Assembly: GCA_044892525.1 (NCBI GenBank)
Contig: CM097887.1
Coordinates: 74,896,001-74,960,000 of the forward strand
DNA: 64,000 nucleotides
Origin: Schmidtea polychroa
Lineage: Eukaryota
Direction of reading: 5' to 3'
The notes under the pieces were generated by a model that saw nothing but the letters and a program-made list of their open reading frames with translations, was not told the origin of the DNA and did no database searches. Position 1 is the first letter of the stretch, and every line of letters starts with the position of its first letter. Positions 52,453-63,519 of this stretch are shown here, one piece after another. A program made the translations under genes and the position numbers.

Positions 52453-55400
52453 ATATTAAGTTTGGGCATCCTAATTATATAATAAAAAACAGTTATTTTA
52501 ATTTTTATAAATTATTATCAATATTATAAATTAACATAAATTTATAAAATTCATTATTTTATAACATAAAATATAATAAGTATTTTCAAAATAATTTTCT
52601 TAGACTTTGTCACGATAGATTCACACATTTTTAAACTAAAATAATTAATTTTTATACCTACAATATGAGCAGAAATTTATTCATTACATTTTGACTGTAC
52701 ATTTTTTTCACGCATACTTGTTACACTTGTTTCATGAACATTATTTGATGATTTGATTTGATTTTTTTTTCAAATTTAGTAGAACATATTATTTTTGTAT
52801 ATACGATGTTAGTTATTATACCTTTAGTATTTATAACATTCATAATTAAAAATACTAATATTTATTTAAATTGAAAAAAATGCAATTTGTTTGCAATATT
52901 TAAACAAATCTCCACTAGGATTTTTATTCAGTTTCGAGTAATGTAAGTATAAGGAATTTACATACCACATCAATCCACAACATATATTCATTTAATCTTT
53001 TATTTTACTTTTATTTAATTAGTTAATTTAATTATATTATCACATACGACAAAGCATTGAAAATTGGATTGGGTTCATCATCAATTGTTCTTCATAGTTC
53101 TTCAATTGAAAGTAAAGTTCATTCTAGATATATTTTTTTCCAGTTGTTTTTTATATTACTAAAAAGAAATGAATTTATTTTGCAAATAAAAATCATAAGT
53201 AACATATATAAGTGGATCATATTTCGTCCTCAGCTTAAATATCGGTAAACAAATTTGAGCATGATAAATTCATAAAAGTTATAAGAGTTACACTTTATAT
53301 TTCATGCTTACCAAGATTTTATGAGAATTTTTAGTTTTATATTAACTGAATCGACATCTGGCTTTTTTGGAAATAAAAAATTCTATTTTCAAAATATTTA
53401 TTTCACATTCCATTTATTTCTTCACATTAGTTGAGAAATGAAATGAGTCCTCATTTCTGATACCATAAATATGAAACCTTCAAGACTTTTGTTTGATATA
53501 CATATCGGGCATGAGGAATTGCTTGAGAAGATAGCAATTGTGACATTGTAAATGTTTACTTCTTTATCAAAACTTTAAGTTGTGTGAAACTCAATCATAC
53601 ATCTATTATCAGCTGAATTGCAATAATTACATTACTGAACATAATATTTATCTTAGCATGTACAGTTGAACCTAACTCATCCGCGAAAAGAGTATAAGTT
53701 TACAATGTACAACTATCCTTATTTTCTAGTATTTTCATACAAAGTTCCATCAATAACTTCTATCAAATCAATTTCATTGTTTCCGGCTTGGAAAATGCCA
53801 AGCTTACTCTTGTGTATACACTGATAAACAAATCACTCAAAGTAGGTCTATCAAAATGAGAGGTTTAGTCTATATTATGTAAGCAAGAAAGACGTGCTAC
53901 ACATGAAAACATATATAATGTACTTGTAATTGTTCACTACACTGACAAATCTGTGTACAAATATTACCAGAATAAAATAAAAATAGTTAACTCTCACTCT
54001 TTTGCAAAAAGACGATTTGAAAATGGTATTTCTTGTGTATTTATGATGATTTTGTAGTGTGATCTATTTTGAATTTTTGACAGACTATAGAATGGTTTTA
54101 TAATTGTATTATAACAAAAATATTAAACACAAACCAATATTAAGGCTATTGGCCAACAATTCTTAAAAAACCTTTCATATTGTAAAAATTATGAGTTGTC
54201 ACCATCTGATCATTCTCTTACAACTTTATGCTACTATCATTTTATCAACTGTGTCAACTGCGCATTTTTAGCTTATTATTATAATTCATCTGCGTCTATC
54301 TTGACGTTTTTATGTAATGTATGTGGTGCACCCAATAAGTACTTTAATTCTACAAGAAACAACCAAATAATTTCAGCAACATATAAGAAACATGTCCAAA
54401 ATTCCCTTTTCACAGAAGGTCTTGGTGTATGAAGTCAGCAAATCCACGATAGGCTGCTTCAAATCACTGGAACAATCAAAGAATTTTTTTTCACAAATTC
54501 TTCAGTTGTCGGAGGAGGTAAAAATATAAGTTGTGTTGTAAAATTATTTTCTTTCAGTAAAAACACTAATTGCACCAATGAATATAACCAAAATATAAAT
54601 ATAAAAGAAGTTGAATAGTTAAACAAAGAATCTTACCACTACAACAATTTCAATCCAGTTTCAGTTTTTTCCAATTTCTTTTCTACCTGGATTTTTTTCA
54701 GTTTTGACTGATCTTATAACTGATCTTTTAATTTTGTCTTACGAAGTGATTCAAGTTCTTTTGTGTAGTAGGTATTAATAGTTGTAACAAAGTAATAAGA
54801 GACACAGAAATTGGCAGATACGGCGAAAATATAAAACCCCAAGTTTCTTTAAAGACATTTGCATCCAAAGCATGTTGTTGATGTTGGTGATTTTCGGGCC
54901 TAATTATATAGTCATTAATCGGTGCATGTACGAAAAAGCACGGAAAATCTTACCCAGCTTTGCCTTGGGCAGTCATTAAAATCCAAAGTTATAAAAATTT
55001 ATGGTACAAAAATGCAAACATAAGCATTTGAACCTCTATCATTAATGGTTGAAAGCTAGGTCACTCGATACTCCCGCCGCCCCCATGCAATCCAACCTCA
55101 CTGAAATTAAAATTTTGTTACCCATATAAACAACTTTTGCTTCAATCACTGTGCTCTATCTTGACCCCTAGACTCCGCTTTATCGGGATGTAATCTAACT
55201 GGTTCGGGTAGGAAACTGTCAAAAAAGCATGAACATTTTGTTATTCAAACCCACCTTGAGGAACACTTTTGTTCTTGATTATTTTCTGAATTATGCTGTT
55301 TACTGGTACTTTGCTTAGTAACCAGAAAACAGGATAAGTAAATAAGGAATCCCAAGGGGTCAAATTTTTGGGTAGAAAGTAGCTTATAATCTCGGCCTAG

Positions 55401-55881
55401 GTAACAAATAGAAGCTTCCATAAGCTCAAAATCAAAATTTCTACCAGCCAGATAATCAAAAGGGGGTAAAAGATGAAAAATGACGTAGTGTAAGATGATA
55501 ACTGTAGTACTTGGATAAATTAGTCGTTCTAGATATATTTAATAATTTGTTTTAAATATGCAGAGATAATGTAGCATTAATTATTAAACAATATTTATTA
55601 TTACACCAATAATAATTATTAATAGTTACTTTTCATTTTAAAAATATGTTTCGAAATCCCTGCGTGCTATTGCACAAAATGAATACATCTAATTACATTA
55701 CCCAACTTGTATTTATTTTCATTGAGACCATAAATCACTTTTATTTCCTATGTAACACAAATTTGATATATAGTCAAAATGAAAATAAATGAAATTTTAA
55801 AAAAGAAAAACAGATTAAATATGAACAACTTAAATGACGAAACTGTTATTAGAGTTTACATTGATAAATTTAACATTTTAG

Positions 55882-56027
55882 GATTCGGCGGATGCAAATT
55901 TATTTCATTTGAAGGCAGACATTGGCATTCCGAATGTTTCACATGTTCAAAATGTACCACAAATCTCGTCGGTAGAGGCTTTTTGACAAATGAAGACAAT
56001 ATAATGTGTCCCGATTGTGGAAGATAA
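55882..56027 (+). CDS. lmpt: LIMPETin terminal coding exon 8 (LIM6, stop)
   Basis: G-FGGCKFISFEGRHWHSECFTCSKC..LVGRGFLT....IMCPDCGR*. Acceptor tttag, phase 1. The spliced CDS totals 1602 nt, in frame. Confidence 0.97.
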
Positions 56028-56041
56028 TTGGGCAAATTAAC

Positions 56042-56044
<3 letters not shown>

Positions 56045-56102
<58 letters not shown>
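56045..56102. repeat. (TA)n microsatellite in the 3' UTR
   Basis: 58-bp TA repeat beginning 17 nt after the stop codon. Confidence 0.95.
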
Positions 56103-56106
<4 letters not shown>

Positions 56107-56602
56107 TATAGAGTTTAATATTAATTTCAACTGATGCTAACAATTTTATATAGTCCAGCAGCCTATGCCACCTTGAAGATCTATTTAGTTATATTTAATT
56201 TTACATTGCCTTATAATATTGAATGTTAAATGTAATATTAGGATACTTTCAAATGCGTTTCACTAGACTTTAAACCGTATTTTACTTTTATTTTCTTTTT
56301 AAAACAAAAAAGATATTTCTAAAATCACTTTTCTTTAACAAAATTAAATTGCCTTCATGAGAGTTTTTTTTCAATTTTCATAAAAAATAAATTTGAAATT
56401 TAATGTGAAATGATTTAAAATAGTAGTATGAGACTACATTTTGATTTGAATTATCATGTTGATGATTATCACAAATGTATTTTATTTTGTAGAACAATCA
56501 TAATTTATATGGTATTAGAAATAAATTTAGTTGACATTTTCTCTATTATTTTTTATAATTTATTTAATTTATTATAATTTTAATGGTAATTTTAATTGTA
56601 AT

Positions 56603-57316
56603 TGTAATGTACAGTTATTTTTGTTAATATTTTAGTATTCACAATTAGGAATTGTGTATACTAAGATATAAAATACAACCATCTGGGAAATCCAGATTTT
56701 TAATAAAAAACTATATAGCGCTATAGTAAATTAAAAAAAAATTAAAAAAAGTCAATAAAGAAATCAAATAAAATTTAGAACAAACAGGAACTAAGACAAG
56801 AATAAGAAAACAAATTTAGAAGAAATTGGAAAGAATATTATTAAATCAATTCCTTTAAAACGGAAAAAAGAATATTAGAAGACTAGAACAAAACAAAGAT
56901 CAGAAATAATACTATAAAATAACCTCTGAGGAGAGAATCCGACAAAACAAATTCCGTAAAAGATTAGAAAAGATATTACCTATTAATCTCTGAAGCAACC
57001 TCTGAGGAGAGAATCCGACAAAACTAATTCCGTAAAAGATTAGGAAAGATATTACCTATTAATCTCTGAAGCAACCTCGAGGACAAAGTGGTTAATTTTT
57101 TTTGTATTGTTAAATAAAAGTTTTAGTATCATAATTGTTATACTGTTATATTTATTTTTATTTTTATTCATCACCACACAGCCTGCACCCCGATTGTCCC
57201 AACACATTTTTTTGGTGACTCTATCGGGCTCTTCAAATTCTCCTACAAAATAACATAAATTAACAATAATTAACAATAATTTATTAACTATAATAACAAC
57301 AATAACCCCCATAACA
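56603..57316 (+). repeat. 5' LTR, 714 bp, with 2 full 76-bp tandem units (56921-57072)
   Basis: Direct repeat of 62078-62888. TATAAAA at about 56913 and AATAAA at 57113. Confidence 0.95.
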
Positions 57317-57318
57317 AC

Positions 57319-57330
57319 TGGTGTCAGAAG
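57319..57330 (+). promoter_or_regulatory. Primer-binding site complementary to the tRNA-Leu 3' end
   Basis: TGGTGTCAGAAG, 2 nt after the LTR. It is complementary to ...CTTCTGACA-CCA, the 3' end of metazoan tRNA-Leu(CAA/CAG). Confidence 0.8.
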
Positions 57331-57517
57331 AAAAAATATACACAACACGACACTCGCATTCGACGATTTTTATCAATCACTACGCCTTTCAGCATACTTA
57401 TTATAGAAGTATAAAGGATAGTGACTCTTTTGGCTGAACATAGTAAACCATATCCTTGAACAATCTCATTTTTTGTAACACAACAAGCAATAAAAAAAAA
57501 CATCAACAAACCAATTA

Positions 57518-58693
57518 ATGGCATCAAACCAAACAAATCCAACAAACATTTCACAACCCCCCAATAATACTGAAAACACACACATGATGGAAAATACGAA
57601 TTACTACTATAACCCAAACACTAGCACAGATAATACACACACCATAAACTCAGTAATTAACCCAAGAACAAACATCCCAAACTACTTTAGTGACGAAAAT
57701 GGGACATCCCAAAAATGGCTTGAATTTGCTAAATTAACCCTAACCCTATCGGGAATAAAGTCAACGAAAACGCTATGTTCAAACATTATCGCTGCACTCC
57801 CAAGTAGCAAACTGAACGAAATAGCTGACCAAATTGAGGAAATCTCAAAGAGCGAAGACCCGTTCAACAAGCTTTGCAACGTCCTAACAAACAAAAACAA
57901 AATCAACAGGAAGCAAATGCTGGAATCATGTCTCAACAACACACAACTTGGCGACAATAAACCAACAGATTTCCTTCGCCAACTAAAACAAAAATTGGAG
58001 TACCTCCAACCAAACATCACTAATTCGGGATCAAATGAATTAGTAAAAGAATTTTTCATGCGAGCAATGCCGCCCGAAATAAGACGTATACTCGCAGCCA
58101 GTAGCAATTCGGACGTAGAAACGCTAGCAGACATAGCAGATAAAATCAATGAAGAAATTTATCCTACTATATGCAGCACACAAAATTACAACAAAAACAA
58201 AACTAATCACAACAACCAATCAAACAACAAAAACACTGAATCAAATGAAACAACAAACCGATTAATAAACACTTTGATCAGCAAATTCGACGAAATAATT
58301 GTCGAAAACAGACAAATAAAAGCGGAACTAGCCGAAATAAAAGAGAAATACAACAGGCAAAATTTCAATCCAAACGAAAACAGAGACCTATTCAACAGAA
58401 ACAATTTCAACACAGACCAACTATCATATAATCACAACAGACAAAACCATGACCGACCATCTAACGGATACAACAGACAGAACTACAGCCACAGACAATC
58501 CCCAAACAACCACTACGGAAACCGGTCAAACTCCCCAAACCGATGTAACAATTACCGAAACAGCAGCCCAGAAAGGAATTCAAGAAATGATTTCCTAAAC
58601 AAAAACCACTGCTACTTCCATAATAAATTCGGCGACAAAGCATATAAATGCATAAAACCCTGCGAATTCCACAAAACAGAGCAGGAAAACTAA
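57518..58693 (+). CDS. gag: Gag, 391 aa, intact
   Basis: QLGDNKPTDFLRQL and FF..MP..IR.IL motifs. C-X2-H-X9-C-X3-C knuckle (CYFHNKFGDKAYKCIKPC, 58610-58663). Confidence 0.92.
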   Translation: MASNQTNPTNISQPPNNTENTHMMENTNYYYNPNTSTDNTHTINSVINPRTNIPNYFSDENGTSQKWLEFAKLTLTLSGIKSTKTLCSNIIAALPSSKLNEIADQIEEISKSEDPFNKLCNVLTNKNKINRKQMLESCLNNTQLGDNKPTDFLRQLKQKLEYLQPNITNSGSNELVKEFFMRAMPPEIRRILAASSNSDVETLADIADKINEEIYPTICSTQNYNKNKTNHNNQSNNKNTESNETTNRLINTLISKFDEIIVENRQIKAELAEIKEKYNRQNFNPNENRDLFNRNNFNTDQLSYNHNRQNHDRPSNGYNRQNYSHRQSPNNHYGNRSNSPNRCNNYRNSSPERNSRNDFLNKNHCYFHNKFGDKAYKCIKPCEFHKTEQEN

Positions 58694-61600
58694 AAATGTC
58701 ACCATTGATAGCACCCACATTTGGTGACAATAATAATACTTTCACGGTGCATTCAAACAATACAGATTTTCTAATCGACACAGGTTCGGTGATCTCCCTA
58801 TTATCACACTACCTATACAAAAATACAAAAACTACAGAAAAGTCACTAACCGCTGCCAATGGCTCCAAAATTAAAACATTTGGCCAACATACAATAACAC
58901 TCATAATAAATTCAAAAAAATACAATTGGCCATTCACAATTGCAGAAGTACAACAGTCAATAATCGGGGCCGACTTCCTAGCAAATTACAACCTAATAGT
59001 GGACTGCCGAAACAAGAAAATAGTCGAAAACAACAAAACAGACAAAGAAACAGTCAGGAACACAACATCAAACTTTTCGAAAGTAGACATCGGCGTGATT
59101 CAAACAAGTACACCAACTATCAAAACAATTAAAACTATTGAACAGGTACCAGAAATAGCCACACTACTGGCAAAATACGATAAACTCTGCGAACCAGTAA
59201 CTTTCGATGGAAATTCAAACCACACTACTGAACACGCAATACTGACAAACGGAAACCCAGTCCACTCAAAAGTAAGACCACTGGATCCAAAAAAAAAATA
59301 GAAATCACAAAAAATATATTTAACGAACTGTTGGAAAATAATATAGTAAAACATTCAAACTCAGAATGGTCTTCAGCACTGATGCTAAAACAAAAAGCTA
59401 ACGGGGAATGGAGAGCTTGTGGCGATTTCAGACTCCTGAACAAAATAGCAGAGCCCGACAGCTATCCATTACCGATAATAAAAGACATAATAAATCGACT
59501 AAACGGCGCAAAATATTTTTCAAAAATTGACCTACAAAAAGCATATCATCAGATCCCAATTAGAAAAGAGGACATCAAAAAGACAGCAATAACAACACCG
59601 ATCGGCATGTTCGAATACAACCGAATGCCTTTCGGTCTACGAAACGCCGCAGCAACTTTCCAACGATTCATGGATCAAACAATGAAAAACAACAAAAACA
59701 CAATCGCTTATCTGGACGACATCCTAATAACAAGCCCAGACAAAGAAACACATCTAAAGGACGTGGAAAAAGTGTTCAAAACGCTGGACAATGCAAAACT
59801 AAAAATAAACACTCAAAAGTGCGAATTTATGAAAACGGAAATAAATTTCCTTGGTCACACGCTAAACGACAAAGGAACACAACCAATAGAAAACAAAATA
59901 AAAATATAAAAAATTACAAACTGCCGACAAACACAAGAGAGTTGAGGAGATTTCTAGGAATGGTAAACCTTTATCATTCTTACATCCCAAACTGCAGTAA
60001 ATTACTAGCACCACTAAACGATGTTATCAAAACAAAACGGAATGTCACAATAAACTGGACACAACAAACAACCGACACATTCAATAAAGCCAAAGAAAGC
60101 CTATCAACGGCAACACTACTCGGTTACCCAGATCCAGAACTAGAGTACCAACTAACTACAGACTGTTCTGGTTTTGCAATGGGCGCAACAATTTTCCAGG
60201 AAAATAAATTCGGCAAACAACCACTGGGATTTTTCTCGAAAAAACTAAAATCACATCAAACAAGATACTCAACATTCGACAGAGAACTCCTAGCAATACA
60301 CGAAGCAATCAAACACTTTCAACATTTACTCGAAGGACGAACCTTCAAGATATACACGGATCACAAACCGCTAACAAACGCAATAGAAATGAAAAACCCT
60401 TCACCAAGGCAGATTAGACAAATCAATTTCATCTCACAATTCAACTGCACAATAAACTACGTAGCAGGAAAATCAAACATAGCAGCAGATGCTCTATCCA
60501 GAATTGAAAGTGACATAAACGCCCTAGAATTCGAAGAGATAATCGAATTGGATCAAATTAAATCCAAACAAAATGAAACAATTAACAAACTCCCCACTAA
60601 ACACAGTTTGAAACTACAAGAATTCAACGGAGTATGGCACGACGTCTCCAACGAAAGCAACAAACGAATATTATTCCCGGAGGAATTCCGCCAAAACTGT
60701 ATCGAAAAGATACACAAAATTAATCACCCGGGAAACAAAGTAACATTCGAGCTAATACATAACAACTATATATGGCCTAACATGCGGAAAGATATCAAAA
60801 ACTACGTCAAGAGTTGTCACAGCTGCCAACTAAACAAAACAAGAAAAAAACTCAAAACACAAAAAGTAAACTTCCCAAGCAGCGAAATATTTGAAACAAT
60901 ACACACAGATGTGGTAGGACCATTACCACCAAACGACAACTACAAATACCTCCTAACAATTATAGACAGGAAATCCAACTGGTTCGAAGTAATCCCAATA
61001 AAAGAAATCAGCGCGAAAAATATCTGTGAAATGATCGAATTAAATTGGATAGCTCGTTATGGCCAACCGAAAACAATCATAACTGATCAAGGCAGACAAT
61101 TCGAATCAGAAATGTTCAAAATAATGTGCAATAAATACAATATCAAAAGAAATCGAACAACAGCTTACAACCCACAATCAAATGGGAAAATCGAACTGTT
61201 TCACAGAACATTAAAAGAAAGCATCAGGACAAAAGCCAATGACCAAAACTGGTTAAACCAACTTCCAACAATATTAATCGGACTAAGAAATAGCCCAAAT
61301 TCAACAGATAATGAAAGTCCAGCATACAAAATTTTCGGAAAAGCAACAAACTTGCCATCACTTAAATCAGATACAAACAAAAACACCGAAAACAGCAAAC
61401 AAATAACAAACAAAAATAGCGAAACCACCGAACAGAAACCAAAAGGAATTTTAAAAAGAAGACCGGACTCCGAATTAGACGGAAAAATAGTATTAACAAC
61501 AGAGTTCATCTTAATAAAAAAACCATTCACAAAAGGATTCGAATCCAAATACGAAGGTCCATTCAAACTCCTGGAAATCAACAAGAACGTCGCCACAATA

Positions 61601-61834
61601 ATTAAAAATAACAACAAAATGAAAATAAACATCAGACGGATCAAACTATACCACAAGAATATAGACCCCCAAAACGGCTCACCGAAAGACAAAACACAAA
61701 CCCAAACACAAACAAAAAAACAACCAATTCACAAAAACATCACATTCAACCACAAAAATTCAATCAAAATATTCGATAAAGACACAATACTGGCTCCACT
61801 ATACAAAAAACGTTACAGCGAATGCTTTAAATAA
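58684..61834 (+). CDS. pol: Pol (protease-RT-RNase H-integrase), in the -1 frame to gag, split by two 1-nt A-run deletions
   Basis: FLIDTGS protease. RT motifs IDLQKAYHQI, RMPFGLRNA, YLDD (59709-59720). RNase H TTDCS..DRELLA..TDHKPL. Integrase H..HPG..C..C, DVVGP, TDQGRQFES and a GPF motif. Breaks at about 59290 (A10) and about 59902 (A5). Confidence 0.9.
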
Positions 61835-62063
61835 AAACACAAACATACACAAACAAACACACGCACAAACAGCGTTAATTGTACAGTTTTTATTTTTCTT
61901 GTAAATACAAAACAAAATGTAAATTTTTAATTTTATTGAAGTTGTAGATACAAAGAAACAGAAACAAAATACACAAAAACATATAAAACATACGAAAAAA
62001 AAAAGTTATTGAATGTAATTTTTTTACGTTACTTTTTATTGATTCATGTTAACCTCCGGTTTT

Positions 62064-62074
62064 AAAGGGGGAAG
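62064..62074 (+). promoter_or_regulatory. Polypurine tract
   Basis: AAAGGGGGAAG just before the 3' LTR. Confidence 0.85.
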
Positions 62075-62077
62075 TTA

Positions 62078-62888
62078 TGTAATGTACAGTTATTTTTGTT
62101 AATATTTTAGTATTCACAATTAGGAATTGTGTATACTAAGATATAAAATACAACCATCTGGGAAATCCAGATTTTTAATAAAAAACTATATAGCGATAAT
62201 TTACTAAATTAAAAAAAAATTAAAAAAAGTCAATAAAGAAATCAAATAAAATTTAGAACAAACAGGAACTAATACAAGAATAAGAAAACAAATTTAGAAG
62301 AAATTGGAAAGAATATTATTAAACCAATTCCTTTAAAACGGAAAAAAGAATATTAGAAGACTAGAACAAAACAAAGATCAGAAATAATACTATAAAATAA
62401 CCTCTGAGGAGAGAATCCGACAAAACTAATTCCGTAAAAGATTAGAAAAGATATTACCTATTAATCTCTGAAGCAACCTCTGAGGAGAGAATCCGACAAA
62501 ACTAATTCCGTAAAAGATTAGAAAAGATATTACCTATTAATCTCTGAAGCAACCTCTGAGGAGAGAATCCGACAAAACTAATTCCGTAAAAGATTAGGAA
62601 AGATATTACCTACTAATCTCTGAAGCAACCTCGAGGACAAAGTGGTTAATTTTTTTTGTATTGTTAAATAAAAGTTTTAGTATCATAATTGTTATACTGT
62701 TATATTTATTTTTATTTTTATTCATCACCACACAGCCTGCACCACGATTGTCCCAACACATTTTTTTGGTGACTCTATCGGGCTCTTCAAATTCTCCTAC
62801 AAAATAACATAAATTAACAATAATTAACAATAATAACAATAGAAACAATAATTTATTAACTATAATAACAACAATAACCCCCATAACA
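62078..62888 (+). repeat. 3' LTR, 811 bp, with 3 full 76-bp tandem units (62399-62626)
   Basis: The 97-bp length difference from the 5' LTR equals one extra 76-bp unit plus 18-bp and 3-bp indels. About 5 further substitutions by eye. Confidence 0.95.
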
Positions 62889-62926
62889 GTAATTAATTAA
62901 TTTAGTGGTAATGGTTAATCAACACA

Positions 62927-63007
62927 TTTTCGGCTTTGCCTTTATCAAATGTTATTTAATAAATAAATATTAATTTAAATAACACTTGATAAGGGTAAAG
63001 CCGAAAA
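62927..63007. repeat. 33-bp inverted repeat with a 15-nt spacer (foldback)
   Basis: 62927-62959 versus the reverse complement of 62975-63007: 30/33 identical. Pairing extends into TCAACACA/TGTGTTGA. Confidence 0.85.
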
Positions 63008-63519
63008 ACTTGTGTTGACTATAAACTTGTCTTTTCTTTTGTTTGTTATTTAAACAAATTTCAATCTTTCTTTTAAAAAATTTTTCGATAAAAAATATTT
63101 TTTAAAAATGCTAAATTTCAATCTTTTTAAAATATTCTTCGATAAAAATATTTTTAAAATTTAACAAAATTTCTAATTAAAACTTTTAGAATCTTTCATC
63201 TTCCTCATATTGGAGTTATACAAAATTTAAAAAATTATCAAAATCAATTAAAATAATTGAAAATTTGGAAAAGGTAAAAATCAATATTTATTGGGGGGTG
63301 GTAACCGGTGGCAAATGAAATTCTGAAGACTGAATATAAAATAATTTCAAATGGATCATAGAATTTCATAGAATGGTCAGTGGCCCAAAACAAATTTATT
63401 AATTAAATTTCAACAAAAAGTCATTAAATCAAAGGATATCCAACTGATCAATGGGTTGTCGGGAATTAAGAGAAGGCAATAAATAATTCGTTATACCCAG
63501 TTAATTGTCAGATTAATGT

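Larger units (their letters stand above)
56603..62888 (+). mobile_element. Full-length Ty3/Gypsy LTR retrotransposon with CHCC Gag (CsRn1/Kabuki/Boudicca-like), 6286 bp
   Basis: TG..CA LTRs, 5-bp TSD GTAAT (56598-56602 and 62889-62893), PBS, PPT, and gag plus pol in PR-RT-RH-IN order. Confidence 0.97.

Noticed and set aside
55779-55881. N-terminal extension of ORF 55779-56027 (and the analogous run-ons of exons 3, 5, 6 and 7)
   Set aside because: Intron sequence. Splice sites and LIM spacing define the true exon borders.
56921-57080. Regular 76-bp repeats considered as a CRISPR-like array
   Set aside because: Head-to-tail units with no unique spacers, inside a eukaryotic LTR.
57052-57348. 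Minus-strand hydrophobic ORF, repeated at 62606-62884
   Set aside because: It is the antisense reading of the AAT/AAC-rich LTR end and is duplicated only because the LTR is.
57682-61692. Antisense ORFs overlapping gag/pol (57682-58149, 58207-58413, 58461-58781, 61201-61692)
   Set aside because: Shadow ORFs: the skewed composition of the + strand makes stop codons rare on the minus strand.
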